From NCBI GenBank assembly GCA_903909605.1, contig CAIVWH010000031.1, positions 3,704-67,703 of the forward strand: a stretch of DNA of 64,000 bases. Reading direction: 5' to 3'. Of the stretch, positions 40,667 to 49,552 are shown in pieces; positions within the stretch are counted from its first letter, which is position 1; every line of letters begins with the position of its first letter. Both the position numbers and the translations under genes were made by a program. This DNA is from an uncultured Micrococcales bacterium. Its GTDB lineage: Bacteria; Actinomycetota; Actinomycetes; Actinomycetales; Microbacteriaceae. The notes beneath the pieces are model-generated. The model worked only from the letters and a program-made list of their open reading frames with translations. It did not search any database and was not told the DNA's origin.

Positions 40667-40744
40667 GCCTTCACTTTACGCTCGCCCAGCGACGTTCAGT
40701 GCTCCCGCGGGGTTCTGGGCAAAGCCCTTAGCGAACAAGGATTT

Positions 40745-40820
40745 TGGTGCCCCTCGTCGGACTCGAACCGACACTGAAACGATTTTAAGTCGTCTTCCTC
40801 TGCCATTGGGATAGAGGGGC
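40745..40820 (-). tRNA. tRNA-like gene, 76 nt with encoded CCA and anticodon UAA, but class I (5-nt variable loop)
   Basis: Hand-folded cloverleaf: acceptor GCCCCTC/GAGGGGC (7 bp), anticodon stem GACGA/TCGTT, loop CTTAAAA. The T arm is GTCGG TTCGAGT CCGAC, followed by discriminator A and CCA. The D stem is imperfect (TCCC/AGGA). Confidence 0.65.
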
Positions 40821-40854
40821 AAAAAGCGCCGTCTCAATTGAGCCGGCGCCTTTT
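40821..40854. terminator. hairpin with flanking A/T runs downstream of ndh, directly abutting the tRNA 5' end
   Basis: AAAAA GCGCCGTCTC AATT GAGCCGGCGC CTTTT: 10-bp stem with one mismatch. On the minus strand it follows the ndh stop codon. Confidence 0.7.
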
Positions 40855-40868
40855 GTTAGTAAAGAGTC

Positions 40869-42374
40869 TTACTTCTTAGGCGCGGCCTTCTTCGATAAGT
40901 CCTTTGCTGCTGGCTTTGCAGCAGCCTTCTTGGCAGCAGGAGCCTTCTTCTCGGCGGCAGGCTTAGCGGCCTTTGGCGCGGCAGCCTTCTTGGCCGCAGC
41001 AGGCTTTGCAGCAGGTGCAGCTGCAGGAGCAGCACCCGGGCGCGAAGCATAGGTCTCAAACGAAAGACGCGGGTGCTTTACCGCGCTGGTCGAAACGATG
41101 TCGCGACGAACGATCCAGTTCCAGGCCCAGCCGGTGAAGACGCGAAGCTTGCGCTCCCACATTGGAATCGCGAGGCCGTGGTAGCCGCGGTGCATCAACC
41201 AGGCCAAGAAGCCCTTCACCGCAAAGTTGCGCCACTGGTAAACACCGACGCCAACACCGAGACCGGCGACCGCACCCATGTTCTTGTGGAAGTAGTTCTG
41301 AATTTCTCCGCCACGGATGCTCGCAAGGATGTTCTTGGCAAGCAACTTGCCCTGGCGAACGGCGTGCTGAGCGTTTGGCACGCAGAAGCCACCAACGCCA
41401 CCTCCCGAAAGGTCAGGAACTGCAGACACGTCTCCTGCGGTCCAAGCTCCTTCGACAATCTTGTCGCCGCTGATCACGCGAAGAGATGCGTGTGCGGTGA
41501 TGCGGCCACGGTCATCCAGTGGAAGGTCGGTTGCGCGAACCACAGGGTTCGCCATCACGCCGGCGGTCCAGACGATGCAGTCAGAGGCAAACTTCTCGCC
41601 GGTCGAAAGCTCGATGACGCCATCGACTGCCGACTTGAGCTGGGTGTCGAGGTGAACCTTTGCGTTGCGCTGGTCGAGGTTGGCAAGCACCCACTTCGAA
41701 GTCTCGAGCGAAACCTCAGGCATGATGCGGCCCATCGCCTCGATCAGGTGGAAGCGAACATCCGAGGCCTTGAGACCTGGGTAGTAGCGCAGCAGGTAGG
41801 TGGCAAGCGAGCGAAGCTCTGCGAAAGTTTCGATGCCGGCGAAGCCACCACCGACGACCACGAAGGTCAACAGGCGGTCGCGCTCTGGGCCGGCCGGCAA
41901 GTTAGCGGCCTTGTCGAAGTTGCCGAGCACGCGGTTGCGAACCTCTACTGCCTCTTCGATGTTCTTCATGCCAATTGCCTGGTCGGCAACACCCGGGATT
42001 GGGAAGGTGCGCGAAACGGCACCCGCGGTCACGACAATCTGGTCATACTTCATCTCGTATGAAGGCGCGCCTTCGACCGAGATGGTTGCGGTCTTCTTGG
42101 CGTGGTTTACGCTGGTGACCTTGCCGGTGATGACCTTGGTGGTCTTCAGGTGGCGGCGCAGCGAAACAACTGCGTGGCGCTCCTCGATCGAACCGGCAGC
42201 AACTTCTGGCAGGAACGGCTGGTAAGTCATGTATGGCAGCGGGTCGACTAGCGTGACCTCGGCCTCGCCGGCACGAAGCGACTTCTCGAGTTTCTTTGCG
42301 GTGTAGAAACCGGCGTAACCGCCACCGACGATCAGGATTTTTGGCGCAGCGGCACCAGCAGAGTTGTTAGGCAT
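40869..42374 (-). CDS. ndh: type II NADH:quinone oxidoreductase (NDH-2) with Ala/Lys/Pro-rich C-terminal extension
   Basis: Two Rossmann motifs (ILIVGGGYAGF, FVVVGGGFAGIE). A C-terminal ~58-aa tail follows (AAPAAKPAAAKKAAAPKAAKPAAEKKAPAAKKAAAKPAAK...). Start is at ATG 42374. Confidence 0.88.
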   Translation of the reverse strand: MPNNSAGAAAPKILIVGGGYAGFYTAKKLEKSLRAGEAEVTLVDPLPYMTYQPFLPEVAAGSIEERHAVVSLRRHLKTTKVITGKVTSVNHAKKTATISVEGAPSYEMKYDQIVVTAGAVSRTFPIPGVADQAIGMKNIEEAVEVRNRVLGNFDKAANLPAGPERDRLLTFVVVGGGFAGIETFAELRSLATYLLRYYPGLKASDVRFHLIEAMGRIMPEVSLETSKWVLANLDQRNAKVHLDTQLKSAVDGVIELSTGEKFASDCIVWTAGVMANPVVRATDLPLDDRGRITAHASLRVISGDKIVEGAWTAGDVSAVPDLSGGGVGGFCVPNAQHAVRQGKLLAKNILASIRGGEIQNYFHKNMGAVAGLGVGVGVYQWRNFAVKGFLAWLMHRGYHGLAIPMWERKLRVFTGWAWNWIVRRDIVSTSAVKHPRLSFETYASRPGAAPAAAPAAKPAAAKKAAAPKAAKPAAEKKAPAAKKAAAKPAAKDLSKKAAPKK

Positions 42375-42434
42375 GAGCAATATCCTATTGGCTGAACCCC
42401 TTGTAAATCGTGGGCTCAAGCGCGATTGAGAAAG

Positions 42435-42959
42435 TTATTCTCGCCAGGCTGGGTCGCACTCGCACTTGGTTGGCTGCCAGGTCGAAAGCTCGAGGGCAAT
42501 ATCGCCAACCGGGTTGATGCCAGGGCCCACCGCGAGCGCGTGGCCGGCGAGGGCGTGCAGGCACTTGACGCGGGTTGGCATGCCGCCCGCCGAGATGCCG
42601 TCGATCTCATCGACCGGCTCAAGGTGGGCAGCCGCGGCAACCTCGGCGCGCTGTGCGATGTACTGCTGGTGGGCCGCGAGGTAGGCCGCCGCCATCTTCT
42701 CGTCAACTGCCAGGCGATCTTGTAATTCGGCCATCAAACCACTGGCCTCGAGCGTTGAAATGGCAGCGGTGGCGGCCGGGTGGGTTAGGTAATACAGAGT
42801 CGGAAACGGGGTGCCGTCGGCCAAGCGCGGCTTGGTTTGCACCACCAGCGGGTTGCCACAAACACAGCGCGCCGCAATTGCCACGATGTCGCGAGCCGGC
42901 CGGCCCAGTTGCCTCGAGACAACCTGAACGTCAAGCTGTGTTGCTGGGGTGAGCGGCAT
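42435..42959 (-). CDS. DUF501 domain protein
   Basis: The position after eno-ftsB is as in mycobacteria (Rv1025-like). The CVCGNP ... YYLTHP pattern is present. Confidence 0.7.
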   Translation of the reverse strand: MPLTPATQLDVQVVSRQLGRPARDIVAIAARCVCGNPLVVQTKPRLADGTPFPTLYYLTHPAATAAISTLEASGLMAELQDRLAVDEKMAAAYLAAHQQYIAQRAEVAAAAHLEPVDEIDGISAGGMPTRVKCLHALAGHALAVGPGINPVGDIALELSTWQPTKCECDPAWRE

Positions 42960-43528
42960 TAGTTCTTCGTGCCCGAAGCTGAAGTGGCCGGCTGAGTGGT
43001 TCCGGCTTGGATGACCGAACCGCCAATAATGTCTACCCAGTTATCGCTTGTGGCAGTCACCTTGCTTGAGATTTGAGTCGTGTTGCGAGTGTCGGCAAGA
43101 GCCGCTCCGACTGTGCCCGAGGAGTCGCTCGTGTTCACGCTTCCGGCATCCATGACCAAATAGGAAACCTCACCAGGTAGCACGTAGTACAAGCGTTGGC
43201 GCGCCTGAGCACGAACGTAGACGGGGTCGTCCCAGCGCTTGCGCTCATTCGTCATGTCGCTCACGTTTTGCTTCGCGGCATTCACCTGCGCCTGCATGTC
43301 GGCAATCTGCTGACGATAGGTGAACCAACTTTGCAGGTTGGGCGCCAGCGTGAGAACTCCGGCAACGAACATAACCAGGATGGTCGCGGTGCGCGCATCC
43401 CAGTTGATGAAGTTGCGCATCCACTCGCGGGTGTCGGCCACAGATGCAGAAACCCGACCAGCCGACTTGCTCGCTTTCGCGCGCTGTGCGCCTCGCGGCG
43501 CAGGTCGACGGATCGGGGTTCTTGACAT
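42959..43528 (-). CDS. septum formation initiator family protein (FtsB/DivIC-like)
   Basis: Basic N-terminus, a single TM, and a coiled-coil (QQIADMQAQVNAAKQNVSDMTNERKRWDDPVYV). Located downstream of eno. Confidence 0.75.
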   Translation of the reverse strand: MSRTPIRRPAPRGAQRAKASKSAGRVSASVADTREWMRNFINWDARTATILVMFVAGVLTLAPNLQSWFTYRQQIADMQAQVNAAKQNVSDMTNERKRWDDPVYVRAQARQRLYYVLPGEVSYLVMDAGSVNTSDSSGTVGAALADTRNTTQISSKVTATSDNWVDIIGGSVIQAGTTQPATSASGTKN

Positions 43529-43540
43529 CTAATAAGTGTC

Positions 43541-44974
<1,434 letters not shown>

Positions 44975-46210
44975 TCAGAGGCGAAGCAGCGACCCGCCAC
45001 TGCGCTTGCGAGCCAAGGCGTCGATGGTTGCCGCAATCAAAAGCACGCTTCCGGTCACGATGAAGTTGATTCCGGCAGGCATGCCGATCAAGCCCAGTCC
45101 GTTGTCAATGATCGAGATAACGAAGGCGCCAATGGCTGCGTGGGCGAGGCGGCCGCGGCCACCGAAAAGGCTCACGCCACCAACCACGGCAGCTGCTACC
45201 CCCGAAAGCACAATCGACTTTCCGGCGTTCGACTCAACGTTGCCGATACGGCTGATGTTGAACACGCCAGAGACCATTGCCAGGCTCGAACAGATGATGA
45301 AGGCGGTGGTGCGAATGCGAGCCACCTTGATTCCGGCACGACGAGCCGCCTCGGGGTTGCCACCGACCGCATACAGGTAACGACCAAAGCGAGTGCGGTC
45401 GAGGCTGAAGGTTGCGACGAACAAAATCGCAAGTGCGATTGGAATCACGATTGGAACGCCCGTGATTTGCAGAATCGAACTCTGCGAACGGTTCTGGTTC
45501 ATCAGATAAACGGTGACGCCACCGAGAACGATTACTCCAACAGTCTTGATGTAAAGGAAGGTCAGCGGTCGCGCAGGCAGCTTGGCCTTCAGGCGACGAG
45601 CGCGATCCCAGAGCCCCATGGCAAAGGTAGTCGCGGCACAGATTGCCAACAGCACCCAGCCGCCCCAAAGCGGAAGGTTGTTGTTCATGATTGCCAAAAT
45701 CTCAGGAACTTCGACGCGCAGAATTCCACCGTCGCCAAGAACCATAAGCATCACGCCAGGTAGCGCCAAGTAGAACGCAAGCGAAACCACGAACGATGGC
45801 ACACCGATTCGAGCCACGAAGGTTCCGATCACCCAACCGATAAAGATTCCTAGGATGAACGCCAAGATGAGTGCAAGCACCCAGTTCATGCCGCCCTTGG
45901 TGAGCTGCACGAAGATTGCCATTCCGGTTCCGGCGGTGACACCGGCAGACAGGTCAATCTCGCCGAGCAACAATACGAAGACGAGTGCCGCAGAGAGCAT
46001 CATCAGAGTTGCCGACTGCACGAAAAGGTTCGTGAAGTTGATAAGAGTTAGGAAGAATGGGCTCAGCGCTGCGAAAAGGCCGCCGAGGAACACGAGCGCG
46101 CCGACAGCTGGAAGTGCGCCCATCTCGCCGGCACGAAGTCGGGAGAAATAAGCCTTGAACTGTTCAGAGGTGCTGCCCTCTTGGCCGGTCTTGAGAGTCA
46201 AATCTGACAT
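44975..46210 (-). CDS. sugar ABC transporter permease (XylH/RbsC-type, BPD_transp_2)
   Basis: About 10 TM and a pattern typical of monosaccharide CUT2 permeases (GEIDLSAGV ... FGRYLYAVGGNPEAARRAGI). Confidence 0.85.
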   Translation of the reverse strand: MSDLTLKTGQEGSTSEQFKAYFSRLRAGEMGALPAVGALVFLGGLFAALSPFFLTLINFTNLFVQSATLMMLSAALVFVLLLGEIDLSAGVTAGTGMAIFVQLTKGGMNWVLALILAFILGIFIGWVIGTFVARIGVPSFVVSLAFYLALPGVMLMVLGDGGILRVEVPEILAIMNNNLPLWGGWVLLAICAATTFAMGLWDRARRLKAKLPARPLTFLYIKTVGVIVLGGVTVYLMNQNRSQSSILQITGVPIVIPIALAILFVATFSLDRTRFGRYLYAVGGNPEAARRAGIKVARIRTTAFIICSSLAMVSGVFNISRIGNVESNAGKSIVLSGVAAAVVGGVSLFGGRGRLAHAAIGAFVISIIDNGLGLIGMPAGINFIVTGSVLLIAATIDALARKRSGGSLLRL

Positions 46211-46957
46211 TTATTCGCCTACCTGTTGCTTGATTCCGGTGATGTAACCGATTACATCGTTGTATGTGGTTTCTTTGGTCTTGAGCTGGGCAACCATGTT
46301 GCCGAGGTACAGCACGGCAATGCTGTCTGCCACTTTGAACACGTCGGCCAAGTTGTGGCTAATCATGATGACTGCATACCCCTGGTCGGCAAGGCGGCGA
46401 ACTAGGTTCAGCACCTGTTCGGTTTGCGCGACGCCAAGAGCCGCGGTCGGTTCATCCAAGATGACGAGCTTTGCCGATCGAAGCACTGTTCGAGCGATGG
46501 CAACGGTCTGGCGCTGACCACCGGAGAGTGAGGAAACTTTCTGGCGAACCGACTTCACGGTCTTTACCGACAGGCTTTGCAGCGCGAGAGCCGCCTGATA
46601 CTCCATCGACGATTCGTCGAGAGTGAGCTGCGAAACTTCTTCGCGGCCGAGGAACATGTTTTGCACAATGTCGAGGTTGTCGCAGAGCGCGAGGTCTTGA
46701 TAGACCACCTCGATGCCTAGCGATGAGGCCTCGCGAGGTGTGTGGAGCTTTGCTGGGTGGCCCTCGAAGAGAACTTCGCCTTCGTCGTATGGCTGCACTC
46801 CGGCAAGACCCTTGATCAGGGTGGACTTGCCCGCGCCATTGTCTCCGACTAGAGCGGTGACCTGCCCCGGATAGGCAACTAGGTCAACTCCCTTCAGAAC
46901 ATCGACTGGACCAAAACTCTTTTTGACACCAGAAAGTTGAACGGTTGGGATTGACAT
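46211..46957 (-). CDS. sugar ABC transporter ATP-binding protein (single-cassette)
   Basis: Walker A GDNGAGKSTLIK, signature LSGGQRQTVAIAR, Walker B LILDEPTAAL. Confidence 0.9.
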   Translation of the reverse strand: MSIPTVQLSGVKKSFGPVDVLKGVDLVAYPGQVTALVGDNGAGKSTLIKGLAGVQPYDEGEVLFEGHPAKLHTPREASSLGIEVVYQDLALCDNLDIVQNMFLGREEVSQLTLDESSMEYQAALALQSLSVKTVKSVRQKVSSLSGGQRQTVAIARTVLRSAKLVILDEPTAALGVAQTEQVLNLVRRLADQGYAVIMISHNLADVFKVADSIAVLYLGNMVAQLKTKETTYNDVIGYITGIKQQVGE

Positions 46958-47057
46958 GTTTTGCCTCGGATCTAAATTGCTTTGAAACTGATTCAGTAAG
47001 GCTGTGCGCCAGCCGATTTTGGCTGGCGCACAGCTTTTACTGCTTACTACCTATTGC

Positions 47058-48098
47058 TTACTTGACGCCGTACTTTGCACAAGCGGCTGCAACTGCAGCG
47101 GTGCAGATGTCTGCAGCCTTTGCGTTGCCGTCAGTTACAACGGTCTCAACCTTGTCTGGGCCAACCAATACTGGAACGACCGAGATGTAAGGGGTGCCGT
47201 CTGCAAGGGTCTGGTCAGCAGTGACCTTGGTGCCCTTGAGCAACTTGGTGATTACGTCAACAGCAGCTGCAACCTCAAGCTGGAATGGCTTGTAAACGGT
47301 AGCGGTCTGCTTGCCCAGAAGAACGTTCTGAAGACCAGCAACAGATGCGTCCTGACCCGAAACAGGAACCGTCATGTGGTTCTTGTCGAGGATCGCGATG
47401 ATCGCAGCAGCGTTGTTGTCGTTTGGAGCCAAGACAGCGTCAACCTTGCCCTTGACCTTGGTGAACGCCTGCTCGAACTCAGTTCCAGCGGTTGGTCCAT
47501 CCCAGGTTCCGGCCATGGTGAATGCAGCCTTTGCGCCTGCTGGGTCGAGAACGCTAAGTGCTCCATCAAGGAACATCTTTGCGTTGCCGTCAGCTGGGTC
47601 GCCCGACGAGTAAATGATGCTTGCAGTCTTTGGGTCCTTGCCAGCAGCGGTCAAGCCATCGAGGATCGACTGACCTTCGAGTGCACCAACCTTGGTGTTG
47701 TCGAACGATACGTAGTAGTCAGCGCCAGCAATTGGGCGGTCGTAAGCGATAACTGGAACGCCCTGAGCCTTTGCCTTCTTTGCTACTTCGATACCTGCAC
47801 CCTGGAGGTCAACGAGAACCATAACGCCACAACCCTTGGTGAGCTGTGCGTCAGCAAGGCTTGCGTACTTTGCGGTGTCGTTCTGAGCGTTCTGGATGTC
47901 AGCAGTGAATCCAGCGTCAGTCAGACCCTTTTCAAGGGCAGGACGGTCATTTGGCTCCCAGCGAGTGCCGCTGTCGGCGTCTGGGAGAATTACACATGCG
48001 CGAGTGCTCGAGCTGCTGCTAGTTGATGAGCAGCCAGCCAAAGCAAGCGCTGCAACCGAAGCGATTGCAACTACTGAAAACAGCGAAGATTTCTTCAC
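47058..48098 (-). CDS. sugar ABC transporter substrate-binding lipoprotein (XylF/ChvE-like)
   Basis: Lipobox LALAGC after GTG 48098 (RBS GAAGGGAAA). Periplasmic-binding-protein type I pattern. Confidence 0.85.
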   Translation of the reverse strand: MKKSSLFSVVAIASVAALALAGCSSTSSSSSTRACVILPDADSGTRWEPNDRPALEKGLTDAGFTADIQNAQNDTAKYASLADAQLTKGCGVMVLVDLQGAGIEVAKKAKAQGVPVIAYDRPIAGADYYVSFDNTKVGALEGQSILDGLTAAGKDPKTASIIYSSGDPADGNAKMFLDGALSVLDPAGAKAAFTMAGTWDGPTAGTEFEQAFTKVKGKVDAVLAPNDNNAAAIIAILDKNHMTVPVSGQDASVAGLQNVLLGKQTATVYKPFQLEVAAAVDVITKLLKGTKVTADQTLADGTPYISVVPVLVGPDKVETVVTDGNAKAADICTAAVAAACAKYGVK

Positions 48099-48192
48099 AG
48101 GTTTCCCTTCTTTTGGTTGTGGTGTGTTCCAAATCAATGAATTTTGAACAGGAACTATTGCTAAAAATACTCGGGCGCCGTGGGGGGCGCAG

Positions 48193-48215
48193 ACCAGATT
48201 TGGTAACAATCTGGT
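48193..48215. promoter_or_regulatory. inverted repeat upstream of the sugar ABC operon (candidate operator)
   Basis: ACCAGATT-TGGTAAC-AATCTGGT (8-bp arms), overlapping a TGGTAAC direct repeat, about 95 nt upstream of the binding-protein start. Confidence 0.35.
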
Positions 48216-48272
48216 AACCGAACGGATGCGCCTACCGCGGGGCGCTCACCTTGGCTGAAAGGCCCTAAAAAC

Positions 48273-49514
48273 CTAGGGTCTCAAGGGCTTGAGCGTTGGC
48301 GCTTCGGTCGACTCGTCGACTGAAGCCCAGCGCGAAATGCCCTGTTCAGCAAGCTGCTCGAGCAGCAGGCCGAGCTTCTTCGGCCGCAGCTCGAGGCGAA
48401 CCGAGTGGCCCAACGCAATTAGGTCGCGCTGTGCGGCAAGGGCGTTGGCCACGGTCTTCGCCGAGTCCGATTCAAGAACCAAAACCACTGCGTGCTCGTC
48501 TGCGCCGAGACCTTCGTCAACCAGGTCGACAGCGCGCTCGAAACCAATAGAGATGCCAACGGCCGGAACATCATTGCCAGTCCAGCGACCGACCATACCG
48601 TCATAGCGACCGCCACCGCCAATCGACGAGCCCGACTCAGGGTGCTCGATCTCGAAAATTGTTCCGGTGTAGTAACCCATGCCACGCACGAGCGTCGGAT
48701 CGAAACGCAACTTACCTGGGTGACGCGACTGGACCGCCTCGAAGAGCTCGGCCAGCTTGTCCGGAACCAAAGAAGTTCCGGCAACGACTGACTCGCTGCT
48801 GCCCAGCCAGAGTGCGGTGTTCTGCCCCACCTCTGCGCCGAACTTCTCGGTCATCTCTGCGGTAACACCTGACGGAAAAATCTTGTCGAGCTTGTCGATG
48901 ATGATCATCGCTTTGCCTCGATCTGCTTGCACTACGCCCAAGTTATCGAGCAATTCGTTCAGCAGTTCGCGGTGATTCACTCGGATGGTCGCATCCCCCA
49001 GGCCGATAGCCGCGAGCGCATCGAGCGATGAAACCAGCAGGTCGACCTCGGCCAAGATCGACGAGTCGCCGATGATGTCGATGTCGCACTGAACAAACTG
49101 ACGGTAGCGACCCTTTTGCGGGCGTTCGGCTCGCCAAACCGGCCCGGCCTGAATCGCTTTGAACACGCGCGGCAACTTGGATGCGTTGGTCGCATAGTAG
49201 CGAGTGAGTGGAACGGTCAGGTCGAAGCGCAGGCCGAGGTCGGCGAGGCTGTCGTTGTTGAGAACGTGGTTTGGCTCGACCAGCGAGCGCTCGAGCTCTT
49301 CGCCGCGCTTCATCACGCGGTAAGCCAGCTTCTCGTTGTCGCCGCCCTGCCCCGATGTCAGTCGGTCAAGGTCTTCGAGGGCCGGGGTCTCGATCTCCTG
49401 GTATCCGTGCTTCTTATATGTGTCACGGATGGTATCCAGCACCCTGTCGCGCTTTGCCTTCTCGACGGGTAGGAAGTCGCGCATGCCGCGGGGCGGGTGC
49501 ACGTCTTTAGCCAT
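48273..49514 (-). CDS. hisS: histidine--tRNA ligase
   Basis: Class II aaRS motifs are present: [41 protein letters not shown] and [11 protein letters not shown]. Confidence 0.93.
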   Translation of the reverse strand: [413 protein letters not shown]

Positions 49515-49530
49515 GGCTCAAGTTTGCCAG
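49101..49530. repeat. direct repeat, left copy (functional hisS 5' ~135 codons plus 16 nt of leader)
   Basis: Aligns by eye over its whole length with 57498..57917 at roughly four-fifths identity. A 24-nt identical block (ACGGTAGCGACCCTTTTGCGGGCG) sits at the inner edge. Confidence 0.9.
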
Positions 49531-49552
49531 ATGCCCGGCAGAAAGCCCGCCG

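Noticed and set aside
41073-42062. 329-aa plus-strand ORF antisense to ndh. Similar long shadow ORFs include 1743-2543, 7594-8280, 4119-4880, 25318-26010, 30593-31405, 43733-44593, 45140-45763 and 62178-63065, plus 62557-63483, which is an out-of-frame ORF on the same strand as mfd.
   Set aside because: Each is fully embedded in a confidently identified gene, either on the opposite strand or in another frame. Their Arg/Ala/Gly-rich low-complexity translations are the expected GC-skew artefacts.
47004-48026. 340-aa plus-strand ORF, Cys-rich, antisense to the sugar-binding lipoprotein gene
   Set aside because: It lies entirely within, and antisense to, a gene with a clear family signature (lipobox, PBP pattern). 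Its composition is typical of antisense frames in GC-rich DNA, and it has no motif or RBS.
48175-48190. GCGCC-N6-GGCGC hairpin downstream of hisS as a terminator
   Set aside because: The stem is only 5 bp, and the T-run begins 7 nt after the stem on the minus strand. This is too weak to call.
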